DNA of 64,000 bases from contig CAYRYA010000004.1 of NCBI GenBank assembly GCA_964428435.1, forward strand, positions 8,116 through 72,115, given 5' to 3'. The notes under the pieces are model-generated. The model searched no databases. It was given only the letters and a program-made list of their open reading frames with translations, and was not told where the DNA came from. The stretch is from an uncultured Candidatus Saccharibacteria bacterium (GTDB lineage: Bacteria; Patescibacteriota; Minisyncoccia; Phycocordibacterales; DATDWN01). Numbering within the stretch: position 1 is the first letter of the stretch; every line of letters begins with the position of its first letter. The position numbers were made by a program, and so were the translations under genes. Positions 8,686-18,325 of this stretch are shown here, one piece after another.

Positions 8686-10053
8686 TTAACAATCCAGAAT
8701 ATAAGGTTTACCTCTTTTTGGATACAAAGCATCTACATCAAGATAGTCCCTCAAACGCTGCACAAGAAAAAGCGACGCTTTTGGCTCCCCCATCACTACA
8801 AATACCTTCTTTACCGTCTCTGCAGTATCAGCAATCATATCAAGTAAATGTTCTCCATCTTTATGAGATGAGTACCCGGTAATCATTTCAATACGCGCAC
8901 GGACAGGAATTTTTACATTTTGAATCATGAGTTCTTTTGGAGCTTCTTGAATGCTTCGTCCGAGCGTGCCCACTGCCTGATACCCCATGAGGAGGATTGT
9001 ACTTTTTGGATCTGGCAAATAATTCATTTCATGGTATACAACCCTGCCTCCCGATGACATCCCTGAACCTGCAATAATAATTTTCGGACTTGGTTCTTCA
9101 AGTAAAGATTTCGATTCTTTTCCATCCCGCACAATACGCAGTTTTGGAAAATTAAAAATATCATCTCCACCTTTAATTTCTTTTTGTACTCCTTGATTAA
9201 AATATTTAACCGTATGTTTATATATATCAGTTACTTTAAGTGCAAGTGGAGAATCCAAGAAAACTGGCACTGAAGGAATCTGTTTTTCTTCTACTAAGTT
9301 GTTGATTTCATACAAAATAACCTGAGTACGCTCAAGTGAAAACGCAGGTATAACAATCGTTCCGCCACGAGCAACACCTTCTATAAGAACACGTTTAAAC
9401 TTTGCATCACGTTCCTCTTTTGATTCATGATTTCTATCACCATACACACTATCCATAATAACGTAATCAGCATCTGTAATTTTTTCTGTATCTCGCAAAA
9501 TTGGTGTTGGAGAATTACCTGAATCTCCTGTAAAGACAATTTTTTTAGTACCATATGTAAATTCAAACATCGAAGATCCTAAAATATGTCCTGCATCTTT
9601 CAGGAATACAGAAAATTCATCATTTATTTTTGTATGAGTATGATACGGAATGGTGCGCCAATGAGAGAGTGCTTTATCTAGATCATCTTGTTCATAAAGT
9701 GGAGCAATCTGTTTTTCCCGTTTATTTTGCTCCATAATCTTCAACGCATCAGTGAGCATTACTCGAGCAATTTCTTTAGTTTCTGGTGTAGAAAACAATG
9801 AACCAGTAAACCCGTCACGAAAAAGTTTAGGTATTTTACCGATATGGTCCATATGTGCATGTGTAATAAAACCATAATCTATCTCCCCAAGATTATATGG
9901 AAAGTCAGCTGTATTCTCCTGATCTGCTTCGGGCACACCCTGAAGAAGACCGCAGTCAACAATGAATGCAGAATACTCACCTCTTACCAAGAAGTTTGCA
10001 CCTGTAACCGCACCAACGCCTCCCCAAAATGTAATTTCAAGTTTCTTAGACAT
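8686..10053 (-). CDS. MBL-fold metallo-hydrolase, RNA-metabolising beta-CASP / RNase J-like
   Basis: 455 aa; HAHMDH zinc motif, later D/H motifs (GDSG, SSHKDGEHL) in beta-CASP order. Confidence 0.7.
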   Translation of the reverse strand: MSKKLEITFWGGVGAVTGANFLVRGEYSAFIVDCGLLQGVPEADQENTADFPYNLGEIDYGFITHAHMDHIGKIPKLFRDGFTGSLFSTPETKEIARVMLTDALKIMEQNKREKQIAPLYEQDDLDKALSHWRTIPYHTHTKINDEFSVFLKDAGHILGSSMFEFTYGTKKIVFTGDSGNSPTPILRDTEKITDADYVIMDSVYGDRNHESKEERDAKFKRVLIEGVARGGTIVIPAFSLERTQVILYEINNLVEEKQIPSVPVFLDSPLALKVTDIYKHTVKYFNQGVQKEIKGGDDIFNFPKLRIVRDGKESKSLLEEPSPKIIIAGSGMSSGGRVVYHEMNYLPDPKSTILLMGYQAVGTLGRSIQEAPKELMIQNVKIPVRARIEMITGYSSHKDGEHLLDMIADTAETVKKVFVVMGEPKASLFLVQRLRDYLDVDALYPKRGKPYILDC

Positions 10054-10531
10054 TCTTCTTCTCTATTTTATGTACATACACAATACCAAGCACTGCACCA
10101 AGTGTATCCATAACAATATCCATGCCTGTATCCCCCCAATATTCGAACGATGCAAGATTGGTCACTCCAATAATTAATTCAAAATATTCCCATACGAGAC
10201 CAACAAGTACGGTAAACACAACTCCGAGCATAAGTTTTTCTATGTATGACAGTGTTGATTTAAAGAGTGATAATACCCAAAAGAAAAAGAGTACTACAAA
10301 TAGTCCTCCAAGAAAATGCATTACCATATCAAACCAAATCACAGTCCAAAAGAGATAGAGCTTGTACGCAATCGCATTCAACGCTCCAACAATAAAAAGA
10401 ACCCAAAACATCGCTCGAAAGAGTGTACTTTTTTGCATATCAATAATAATACCGCGACAGCCGACAAATTCAAAACACCAATACCTTTTTGCAATCCAAC
10501 ACAAAAGCAACCCTATAAAAAAATCCCACAC
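10046..10531 (-). CDS. VanZ-like membrane protein (hypothetical); true start possibly at internal ATG near 10438
   Basis: Four hydrophobic helices; EYFELIIGVTN...DTGMDIVMDTLGAVLGIV resembles the VanZ E..(Q)...D...N..G...G pattern; preceded by a ~200-nt structured leader with TTGTCA/TATAAT promoter. Confidence 0.4.
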   Translation of the reverse strand: MWDFFIGLLLCWIAKRYWCFEFVGCRGIIIDMQKSTLFRAMFWVLFIVGALNAIAYKLYLFWTVIWFDMVMHFLGGLFVVLFFFWVLSLFKSTLSYIEKLMLGVVFTVLVGLVWEYFELIIGVTNLASFEYWGDTGMDIVMDTLGAVLGIVYVHKIEKKNV

Positions 10532-10728
10532 AGCAGCGTGAGATTTTTTATAGGGTCGCGGTATACTTCCTAAGTTAAAAACTTAGGTGGGTGCCCGCAC
10601 AATGAAACGTTGCGACTTGCGTCCCGTGGTCACATTAAATATAAGGCTCCCTGAAAAATGGTTAGCTAGAAAATATACAGCAACCCTATACGCATTATAC
10701 TCTTCTCAAAAACTCTGACAACTTGCAT

Positions 10729-11334
10729 TTATTCCAGAATACCGTCTAAGTTTACGTCGTACAAAATCTCGTCCTGAACCAATCTATATGAGAGTATTTC
10801 TTCCGGTTTAAACCATAGTGCGATCTCCTTCTCTGCTTCATCCACTGTTCCTGATGCATGCACCAAGTTTCGCACTGAGCGACTGTCGGTGTCTGAAAGC
10901 TCATATGAGTCGAGGACAAAGTCTCCTCGAATCGTTCCAATATCAGAAGAAAGTGGCTCTGTCCCTCCGGTAATCTTTCGCACAATAGCTACTGCATGTG
11001 CTCCTTGCCATACGAGAGCTACTACAGGACCTGATGACATGTACTCCTTGAGTCTTCCGAGAATCTTTTGACTTGCTTCAATAGGATCTTCTGTTGGTGG
11101 AGTCAGTCCTTTACTGTGATAACTTTTAATCGTTTTCTCTCCCGCTTTTCGTTTCCATTCTGGATCAACAGTATAATGCTTTTCAACCATCTCTTCAGTT
11201 GGAATGAGCATTTTTGAACCTACCAGCTTCAGTCCGATTCGCTCGTACCGCTTGATAAGCTCCCCTATCAAACTTCGCTGTACTCCATCGGGTTTTATTA
11301 TCACCAACGTCTTCTCTTGTTTTGGATGTATCAT
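10729..11334 (-). CDS. ndk: nucleoside diphosphate kinase
   Basis: 201 aa; EKTLVIIKPDGVQRSLIGELIKRYERIGLKLVGSKM N-terminus typical of NDK, with an internal insertion. Confidence 0.8.
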   Translation of the reverse strand: MIHPKQEKTLVIIKPDGVQRSLIGELIKRYERIGLKLVGSKMLIPTEEMVEKHYTVDPEWKRKAGEKTIKSYHSKGLTPPTEDPIEASQKILGRLKEYMSSGPVVALVWQGAHAVAIVRKITGGTEPLSSDIGTIRGDFVLDSYELSDTDSRSVRNLVHASGTVDEAEKEIALWFKPEEILSYRLVQDEILYDVNLDGILE

Positions 11335-11381
11335 ATAGATTAAGGATTAGGGATTAATGATAAAGGAATAATGCGAGAAAA

Positions 11382-12149
11382 CTAACAAGTGAGAATTATC
11401 GGATCACCTTCGGTGATGGCGACTGTATGCTCCGCATGAGCCGCGATAGACTTATCTTTTGTTTTGTAAGTGTACCCGTCTTTTGCAAGCACTATTTTGT
11501 CCCCTCCGAGGGTAAGCATAGGCTCGATTGCTATTACCATACCAGGCACCAACTTCTCGCCCTGTCCTTTGTATCCTTCATTGGGCACATATGGATCTTC
11601 GTGTACCGCATAGCCCACCCCGTGGCCTGCCAGGCTCTCTGGAAGACCATACCCGAGTGAACGTGCAAATGAACCGATTGCATAGCTTATATCGCCAATA
11701 TGAGCCCCTCCGCGAGCCTCTTTGATACCTCGAGCAAGTGCCTCCTCTGTGTGAGCAATAAGCTTACGCTCTCGATCACCCGCTTCTCCCACGGCTACTG
11801 TGATAGCACTGTCAGTAATGAGACCTTTATGCGTGAGCCCGAGATCAAGTGTAACCACATCACCTTCCTTCAGAGTTTGTACATCTTCATTAGGAATACC
11901 GTGCACAATCTCATCATTAATAGATACACAGAGTGCTGCAGGATATGCCCGCTTAGCACCTCGTGGAGTATAGTGCAAAAATGCCCCTTTGTCTCCCCCT
12001 TCTTCGATGAGCTCTCGAGCCTTATCTTCGAGCTCTTGAGTACTTACCCCAGGTGCAACCATTTTTTTGAGTTCACGCAAAATATATGCATGGCGTGCAC
12101 CACCCTCTTTCATAATCTCTATTTCTTCTGGTTTTTTGATTCGAATCAT
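11382..12149 (-). CDS. map: methionine aminopeptidase type I
   Basis: MetAP-I motifs (DVVTLDLG, HGIPN, metal-binding D/H/E pattern); start set at MIRIKKPEE because the longer ORF N-terminus is a translation of the upstream repeat. Confidence 0.9.
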   Translation of the reverse strand: MIRIKKPEEIEIMKEGGARHAYILRELKKMVAPGVSTQELEDKARELIEEGGDKGAFLHYTPRGAKRAYPAALCVSINDEIVHGIPNEDVQTLKEGDVVTLDLGLTHKGLITDSAITVAVGEAGDRERKLIAHTEEALARGIKEARGGAHIGDISYAIGSFARSLGYGLPESLAGHGVGYAVHEDPYVPNEGYKGQGEKLVPGMVIAIEPMLTLGGDKIVLAKDGYTYKTKDKSIAAHAEHTVAITEGDPIILTC

Positions 12150-12248
12150 ATATTCATATACGAATATACGAATTGGATACTTACGAATGGATGCGAATGA
12201 ATTTATTCGTAACAATTCGTAGATGTGTATTATTCGTTAATTCGTATG
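12150..12248. repeat. TACGAAT/ATTCGTA palindromic intergenic element, copy 1 of 3
   Basis: Imperfect ~100-bp inverted repeat built from ACGAAT units on the left arm and ATTCG units on the right; near-identical copies at 14339-14462 and 18193-18325. Confidence 0.7.
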
Positions 12249-12832
12249 TTTAATTTATCCATTATCTCCTTATTCACCTCTTCAATCGTCTGCTCTCCGT
12301 TAATATCAAGCACTGTGTATCCCGGATTATCTCTAAAATACTCGATTGCTGAAACCACTTCTGTATCAAACCACTCTAACCTTTTTTTGATTTCTGACAA
12401 CTCATCATCAGACCGTCCTCGCTCAAGAGCTCGCGCCATGGACCACTCATTTGATGTGTTAATAATAATCACCACAACATTTTTTCGTTTGTAAAACTGT
12501 AATGCAGTATCGAGAATTGGTGATTCGTACCGACGACGACAGAGGCCGTCAAACACCAAATGCTCATCTCCTGTAAAATTCTCTACAAGAAAGCTCGTCC
12601 AGAGCCATACAGGCATAAACGGAGGCATCAGTCCTCCTGTCTCCATCACTTCTTTTGTGAGTCGAGCTGAATGGTTATCTTGGACAATAAAATCACGAAG
12701 CTTTTGCCCAGTCTCAAGATAGAGGCATTTACGACCCTCATCGTGAGTTTTTAAATACTCCATAAGAAGCTGTGCTTGTGTACCCTTTCCTGAACCCGCT
12801 CTTCCAAACAATACTATGGTTTGTGGTGTCAT
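12230..12832 (-). CDS. adk: adenylate kinase
   Basis: 200 aa; Walker A GRAGSGKGTQAQLL, NMP/LID regions; C-terminal codons overlap the repeat element. Confidence 0.9.
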   Translation of the reverse strand: MTPQTIVLFGRAGSGKGTQAQLLMEYLKTHDEGRKCLYLETGQKLRDFIVQDNHSARLTKEVMETGGLMPPFMPVWLWTSFLVENFTGDEHLVFDGLCRRRYESPILDTALQFYKRKNVVVIIINTSNEWSMARALERGRSDDELSEIKKRLEWFDTEVVSAIEYFRDNPGYTVLDINGEQTIEEVNKEIMDKLNIRINE

Positions 12833-12843
12833 GGCTATAGTAT

Positions 12844-12878
12844 AGTCGAAAGTCCATAAAGTCGAAAGCCCATAAAGC
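12844..12878. repeat. 9-bp-periodic GACTT/AAGTC array upstream of adk
   Basis: agtcgaaagtccataaagtcgaaagcccataaagc; member of a dispersed family (see findings). Confidence 0.55.
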
Positions 12879-13066
12879 TAAATACACAAAATCCCCTATT
12901 TCTAGGGGATTTTGTGTTTTGAGAAACTTTATTTAACCACGGACTTGAGTCGTTCAGATTTGAGGGTAGTTCTAGGCGGAAAGTGAAAAATATTTGTAGA
13001 CGTACTCGTTGTACGATGGAAAATATTTTTTGCTTTCCAACAACGAAATACCCCAAATGTGGACGA

Positions 13067-14338
13067 CTAGTACTCGCGAATAGAGACTTGGGCGTCGATT
13101 TTTTTGATCAGATCGATAACTACAGAAACCGCAATCAAGAGTGCCGTACCCCCCACTGAAATAGCAGTGATACCAGTCACACCTCGAATAATAAGCGGAA
13201 GAACTGCGATCACCCCGAGGAAGAGCGCACCGACAAGAGTCAGTCGTGTGAGTGTTTTTGCAATATGATCAGAGGTAGGGCTACCTGGACGTACACCGGG
13301 AATAAATGCTCCGTTTTTCTGAAGATTTTTTGAGATCTGATCTGGATCAAAGGTTACTGCTGTATAGAAGTATGTGAAGATAAACACAAGGAAGAAATAT
13401 GCGATTGCATACACCCATGAGTTTGAGATAAATGTATTCATTGCAGTTGCTACATTTTTAATTGCAGGATAATCAACATTTGCAAGGAATTGAGATATGA
13501 TTTGCGGGAACAACAATATTGCTGATCCGAAGATAATTGGCATAACACCAGCCTGGTTCATACGTAATGGAAGATAGGTAGATGTACCACCGTACACTTT
13601 CATGCCTCGTACTTGTTTTGCATATGTCACAGGAATTGGTCGTTCTGCCTCAGTGACCACTACAACAAGAACCACTACAACAAGAGCGATAATTGCAAAG
13701 AGTGCGTAGAGTGGAAGTTGCGCTGGATCAAATACGTATATAAGTTGAGAGAGAGCCATTGGAAGCTGAGATACGATACCTGCAAAAATAATCAATGACA
13801 CACCATTTCCAATACCATATTCAGTGATCAATTCACCAATCCACATCAACAACATTGAACCTGCAGTAATAACCGCAAGATTAACCATCAAGTCAAATGA
13901 TAACATTGATGCAATAACATTTTGAGACTCAAGAAGTTTAATCAAACTAAATCCTTGGATAAGTGCAAAAGGTATTGCAAGCATACGTCCATACTGAGCA
14001 AACTTTCGACGACCAGCATCCCCTTCTTCCTGATACATTTCTTTCAGACGTGAAGACATAACTGTGAGCAACTGCATAATAATAGATCCTGTGATATATG
14101 GACCAACACCAAGCATTACAATAGAAAGCTGTGAAAGACCACCTCCAGAGAACAAGTTAAGGAGTCCGAGAAATTCACTATTTGCAAACAAAGAAGCAAG
14201 TGCAGATTCATCTACACCAGGAATAGGGATGATAGCAAGAAAACGAAACACAACAAGTGCCCCAAGTGTAAACAAAATTCGTGTACGAAGTGCCTTGTCT
14301 TGTAATACGAGCCCGAATTTATAGAAAAAGTTTTTCAT
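13067..14338 (-). CDS. secY: preprotein translocase subunit SecY
   Basis: 423 aa, 10 TM helices, conserved SecY N-terminus and plug region. Confidence 0.95.
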   Translation of the reverse strand: MKNFFYKFGLVLQDKALRTRILFTLGALVVFRFLAIIPIPGVDESALASLFANSEFLGLLNLFSGGGLSQLSIVMLGVGPYITGSIIMQLLTVMSSRLKEMYQEEGDAGRRKFAQYGRMLAIPFALIQGFSLIKLLESQNVIASMLSFDLMVNLAVITAGSMLLMWIGELITEYGIGNGVSLIIFAGIVSQLPMALSQLIYVFDPAQLPLYALFAIIALVVVVLVVVVTEAERPIPVTYAKQVRGMKVYGGTSTYLPLRMNQAGVMPIIFGSAILLFPQIISQFLANVDYPAIKNVATAMNTFISNSWVYAIAYFFLVFIFTYFYTAVTFDPDQISKNLQKNGAFIPGVRPGSPTSDHIAKTLTRLTLVGALFLGVIAVLPLIIRGVTGITAISVGGTALLIAVSVVIDLIKKIDAQVSIREY

Positions 14339-14462
14339 GAAATTAATATACGAATATGCGAATATGCGAATTATGCGAATCTACGAATTAATACGAATGA
14401 ATGCTTTTGAATTTGTCTTATTCGTGGCAATTCGTAAGTTTTTCATTCGTATATTCGTATGT
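14339..14462. repeat. TACGAAT/ATTCGTA palindromic intergenic element, copy 2
   Basis: atacgaatatgcgaatatgcgaatt...attcgtggcaattcgtaag...attcgtatattcgtatg between secY and rplO. Confidence 0.7.
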
Positions 14463-14903
14463 CTATACTACCACTTTACCACCAATTGCCTCAATTTTGG
14501 CCTTAGCAGAAAGAGAGAGTGCGCATCCAGACACAGTAACTTTTTTAGTTATCTCACCAGTTGAAAGAATTTTTACCAAAGGTTTTTTACCGTACACTGT
14601 TGTAATTACCCCTTTTGCAACGAGAGTTGCTGGAGTTACTTTATCTCCATTTGAAAATGCATTAGAAATAGAACCAAGTGTAACTGGAACATATGCGTTC
14701 TGGATTGATGTGTTGATATTTACACCTCGTCCTCGAAGTTTAGGAACTCGTTTAATAAAATCTCGAAGTTCTGGTCTCTTTTTGTGACCTGCTCGAGCAT
14801 TCTGTCCTTTTGTTCCACGACCAGCCGTTTTAGCCTTCACCCCTCCTCGGCCGATTTGTCGTGACTTCTTATTTTTATGTGTTCGTTTAAGTGTATGTAA
14901 CAT
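14463..14903 (-). CDS. rplO: 50S ribosomal protein L15
   Basis: 146 aa; MLHTLKRTHKNKKSRQIGRGGVKAKTAGRGTKGQ typical L15 N-terminus. Confidence 0.9.
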   Translation of the reverse strand: MLHTLKRTHKNKKSRQIGRGGVKAKTAGRGTKGQNARAGHKKRPELRDFIKRVPKLRGRGVNINTSIQNAYVPVTLGSISNAFSNGDKVTPATLVAKGVITTVYGKKPLVKILSTGEITKKVTVSGCALSLSAKAKIEAIGGKVVV

Positions 14904-14912
14904 GGTAGTGTA

Positions 14913-15464
14913 TTATTTTGCTCGAAGTTGTGACAATGCCTTAATCGCAGCCTTTGCATTGTTTACTTTATTTTTACTTCGTGAAAAAAGTTTTGAACCA
15001 ACTTCTTTTACTCCCGCAAGCTCAAGTACTGTACGTACAGATGAACCTGCAAGAATTCCCTTTCCCGGTGCTCGCATGATAGACACCTGTGATCCAGAAA
15101 ACTTTGCAAACACCTCATGAGGAATTGAGTGATTCTTTGTAAGAGGAATCTTGATCATATTTTTCTTTGCATCACGTGCAGCTTTGTCGATTGCAAGTGG
15201 AGTATCAGTTGCTTTTCCTTGTCCTACTCCTACCTTACCTTTTCGATCACCTACAACAACAGCAACAGAAAAACTGAAACGTCGTCCTCCAGTTACCACT
15301 CGAGTTACACGTCGAATACTGATGATTTTTTGATCAAATTCTGGTTTTACCCGAGGCTCTCGAGAATCTCTTCGATCACGATTTGGTTTTCGTGCGCCTC
15401 GCTTATCTTTTGATGCATCAGCTACTGGAGCAGTCTGCGTATGTGATTTAATTTCTTCTGTCAT
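14913..15464 (-). CDS. rpsE: 30S ribosomal protein S5
   Basis: 183 aa; S5 dsRBD and C-terminal domain (RVTRVVTGGRRFSFSVAVVVGD...); immediately followed by rplO with no room for rpmD (L30). Confidence 0.9.
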   Translation of the reverse strand: MTEEIKSHTQTAPVADASKDKRGARKPNRDRRDSREPRVKPEFDQKIISIRRVTRVVTGGRRFSFSVAVVVGDRKGKVGVGQGKATDTPLAIDKAARDAKKNMIKIPLTKNHSIPHEVFAKFSGSQVSIMRAPGKGILAGSSVRTVLELAGVKEVGSKLFSRSKNKVNNAKAAIKALSQLRAK

Positions 15465-15475
15465 ACAAATGTATA

Positions 15476-15826
15476 TTAAAATATTAGTCCACCTTCACGA
15501 GCACCTTCTGCAACAGCTTTAATATTTCCTGTGTAGATAAAACCTCCTCGGTCAAACACAACAGTCTCAATATTTTTTGCTTTTGCTTTTGTAGCAATCT
15601 CACGACCAATAGCAAACGCCTTCTCAGAAAGAGTTTTACCTTTTACTGTTTTTGTGTGTGCAGAAACAAGCGTCATTCCTTTTGAATCGTCAATAAGCTG
15701 TGCTGTCACATGCTGATTTGACTTAAATACTGCCAATCGAGGACGAGCTTCTGTACCAGAAACTTTCGCTCTGATTCTGAGCTTTCGTCTGATTCGCTGT
15801 GTAGTTTTTGAAATATTTTTATTCAT
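15476..15826 (-). CDS. rplR: 50S ribosomal protein L18
   Basis: 116 aa; [29 protein letters not shown] typical L18. Confidence 0.9.
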   Translation of the reverse strand: MNKNISKTTQRIRRKLRIRAKVSGTEARPRLAVFKSNQHVTAQLIDDSKGMTLVSAHTKTVKGKTLSEKAFAIGREIATKAKAKNIETVVFDRGGFIYTGNIKAVAEGAREGGLIF

Positions 15827-15831
15827 AAAAA

Positions 15832-15922
15832 TTTTTAGATTAATGATTTTGGATTTTTGATTAATGAATGGGATTTTTCTTATTCTTTAATCTTTAATCT
15901 TTAATCTTGCTTCCTTAATCTT
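15832..15922. repeat. GATTAATGA...TTAATC 5'-UTR element (family 2), full copy
   Basis: gattaatgattttggatttttgattaatgaatgggatttttcttattctttaatctttaatctttaatctt between rplF and rplR. Confidence 0.7.
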
Positions 15923-15927
15923 GACCT

Positions 15928-16461
15928 TTACGCGGATTTCTTACCTTGCTTACGCTTGATCACTTCACCTTCATATCGAAGACCTTTACCTTTGTATGGC
16001 TCTGGTTTTTTCCAATCTCGAACCATTGCAGCAAATGCTCCCACCTCTTCTGTGTTTATTCCAGAAATAGTAATAACATTTTTCTCAGCTGTCACTTTTA
16101 GAGACGCAGGAATATCAATATGTACTGGATGTGAAAACCCAAGAGCAAGTACAAGCTGTGTACCTTTTACTTCAGATTTGTATCCGATACCTTCTAGAAT
16201 AAGTTTTTTAACAAATGGTGTATGCACACCTTTGATCATATTGGTAATATGTGACCCATATGTTCCCCACAATGCTCTATTTGCAATTGTTTCTTTTAAT
16301 GGTGCAAGAGTGATTGTTTCTGGAGTAATAGTAAGTGCAACCTGATCAGAAAAGTGTTTTGACAATGTACCCTGAGGACCTTTTACAGTGAAAAGACCTG
16401 AAGTAAATGTAACTTCTGTTCCCTTCGGTATGGTAATTATTTTTTTTCCTATACGTGACAT
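15928..16461 (-). CDS. rplF: 50S ribosomal protein L6
   Basis: 177 aa; MSRIGKKIITIPKGTEVTF typical L6. Confidence 0.9.
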   Translation of the reverse strand: MSRIGKKIITIPKGTEVTFTSGLFTVKGPQGTLSKHFSDQVALTITPETITLAPLKETIANRALWGTYGSHITNMIKGVHTPFVKKLILEGIGYKSEVKGTQLVLALGFSHPVHIDIPASLKVTAEKNVITISGINTEEVGAFAAMVRDWKKPEPYKGKGLRYEGEVIKRKQGKKSA

Positions 16462-16467
16462 GTTTTT

Positions 16468-16545
16468 TTGGATTAATGATTTTGGATTCTTGATTAATGA
16501 ATGGGATTTCTCTTATTCTTTAATCTTTAATCCTTAATCTTGTTT
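16468..16545. repeat. family 2 5'-UTR element, full copy
   Basis: ggattaatgattttggattcttgattaatgaatgggatttctcttattctttaatctttaatccttaatcttg between rpsH and rplF. Confidence 0.7.
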
Positions 16546-16551
16546 CTTACT

Positions 16552-16983
16552 CTACCAGAGTGTACATAACGCTTCTCCTCCGACCTTTTCTTTTCGAGCA
16601 ACCTCATCAGAAATCACTCCTTTTGGAGTTGATATAACCATAATACCGTAACCATTTTTTACTGGTCTGATTTCAGTTGCTTTGATATATACTCGCTTTG
16701 AACTTTTTGAAACTCGCTTTACTCCTCGAATCTTTGGTGATCCGTCTGATTCGTATGCAAGTGTTACCTCAATATACTTAATTACTTTTTTTCCTTTCTT
16801 TGTGGCACCTTTAATGAACCCTGCTTTTGCAAGTACATCAAGAATTGCCATCTTAAGTTTAGAGTACGACAACACAACAGTTTCCTTGCGGACCTGTCCT
16901 GCGTTGTATATCTCATTAATCATTGCTGCAATTGGATCTGTCATATTATTTCGTTGGGAGTATTTCAGGCCAAGAGGGCCCAA
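16552..16983 (-). CDS. rpsH: 30S ribosomal protein S8
   Basis: S8 signature (TDPIAAMINEIYNAGQVRKETV...). Confidence 0.9.
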   Translation of the reverse strand: MGPLGLKYSQRNNMTDPIAAMINEIYNAGQVRKETVVLSYSKLKMAILDVLAKAGFIKGATKKGKKVIKYIEVTLAYESDGSPKIRGVKRVSKSSKRVYIKATEIRPVKNGYGIMVISTPKGVISDEVARKEKVGGEALCTLW

Positions 16984-16986
16984 AAC

Positions 16987-17172
16987 TTACCACGATGATT
17001 TTTTAATTCCAGGGATTTTCCCTTCGTTGGCAAGTTCGCGGAAGCAGATACGGCAGAGATCAAAATCTCTCATATATCCATGCTTTCGACCACATCGAAA
17101 ACATCGGTTTACCTTCTTTGTAGTAAACTTAGCTTTCTTTAATGATCGTGCGATTACTGATGTTTTTGCCAT
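16987..17172 (-). CDS. rpsZ: 30S ribosomal protein S14 type Z (zinc-binding)
   Basis: 61 aa; [23 protein letters not shown] with CxxC...CxxC. Confidence 0.9.
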   Translation of the reverse strand: MAKTSVIARSLKKAKFTTKKVNRCFRCGRKHGYMRDFDLCRICFRELANEGKIPGIKKSSW

Positions 17173-17226
17173 TGTTATTAATTTATACGAGCCTCATCCT
17201 AACAGGAAGTGCGGCCCAAGTCAAAC

Positions 17227-17799
17227 TTATTTTCTTTTAATTACCTTCACTTTTGGATACCCCTCATCCTTCTTAAATGGGAAACCAAGATGAGTAAGGA
17301 ACGCTTTTGTCTCAAGTGGGTTTGAAATATTTGTACCTACGGTTACCGCAAGTCCAAATACATCTTTAAGTTCCTCGTCTGCTGACTCAGGAAAAATAGT
17401 GTTTTCTTTAATCCCAAGAGTATAGTTACCCATTTCATCGATACCTTTTGCAGAGATACCACGGAAGTCTTTTGTTCGAGGAAGTGCAATATTTACAAGT
17501 CGTTCAAGGAAATCATACATTCGCTTCCCTCGGAGAGTAATCTGAATACCTACAGTGTCTCCTTGTCGAACCTTAAACGCAGCAACTGACTGTTTTGCGC
17601 CCTTTTTTACAGGTTTCTGTCCAGTAATATCAGCAAGTCTACTGTATGCATGCTCTATTTTTTTCTTATCTTTAAAAGATCCCACTCCAGCAGAAACAAC
17701 CACCTTTAAAATTTTTGGTGCCTGCATAGCATTTTTATACCCAAACTCCCCTTTGAGAGCTCCGTATGCTTTTTCTACTTTGTCTTTAATGTGTTCCAT
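17227..17799 (-). CDS. rplE: 50S ribosomal protein L5
   Basis: 190 aa; L5 conserved core (GDTVGIQITLRGKRMYDFLERLVNIALPR). Confidence 0.9.
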   Translation of the reverse strand: MEHIKDKVEKAYGALKGEFGYKNAMQAPKILKVVVSAGVGSFKDKKKIEHAYSRLADITGQKPVKKGAKQSVAAFKVRQGDTVGIQITLRGKRMYDFLERLVNIALPRTKDFRGISAKGIDEMGNYTLGIKENTIFPESADEELKDVFGLAVTVGTNISNPLETKAFLTHLGFPFKKDEGYPKVKVIKRK

Positions 17800-17808
17800 G
17801 TTATTTTT

Positions 17809-17886
17809 TTGGATTAATGATTTAAGATTTTGGATTAATGAATGGGATTTTTCTTATTCTTTAATCTTTAATCCTGATTCTTTAAT
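17809..17886. repeat. family 2 5'-UTR element, full copy
   Basis: ggattaatgatttaagattttggattaatgaatgggatttttcttattctttaatctttaatcctgattctttaatc between rplX and rplE. Confidence 0.7.
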
Positions 17887-18192
17887 CTATACTGTGTTTC
17901 CTGATTTCTGTGCCACTCGAACCTTTTTTCCGTCTATCACTTTCTTTGAGATTCGTGTACCTTTACCTGTCTTCGGATCTACAAGAAGGACGTTTGAGGC
18001 ATGTATAGGGAGATTTTTTTCAATAATCTGACCTTTTTCACCACCACGACGCGCTCGAACATGAGCTTTAACCACATTTACACCTGACACAAGCACTTTT
18101 CCTTCACGAGGAAGCACCCGAGCAATTGTACCTGTTTTGCCCTTATCTTTTCCTGTAATCACTATTACTTTGTCGTCTTTCTTAAGTTTCAT
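17887..18192 (-). CDS. rplX: 50S ribosomal protein L24
   Basis: 101 aa; KOW motif MKLKKDDKVIVITGKDKGKTG. Confidence 0.9.
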   Translation of the reverse strand: MKLKKDDKVIVITGKDKGKTGTIARVLPREGKVLVSGVNVVKAHVRARRGGEKGQIIEKNLPIHASNVLLVDPKTGKGTRISKKVIDGKKVRVAQKSGNTV

Positions 18193-18325
18193 TTGTTTTT
18201 ATATGATTTATGCTTTGATACGAATATACGAATTGGAAACTTACGAATAGATTCGAATGAATGCTTTTAATTTCTTATTCGTAACCATTCGCATCATTCG
18301 TACATTCGCATATTCGTATGTTCAT
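18193..18325. repeat. TACGAAT/ATTCGTA palindromic intergenic element, copy 3
   Basis: gatacgaatatacgaattggaaacttacgaatagattcgaatgaatg...attcgtaaccattcgcatcattcgtacattcgcatattcgtatg between rplN and rplX. Confidence 0.7.

Noticed and set aside
12835-13056. 73-aa minus-strand ORF between secY and adk
   Set aside because: Region is occupied by a hairpin, the 9-mer repeat array and the adk promoter; translation has no protein-like features.
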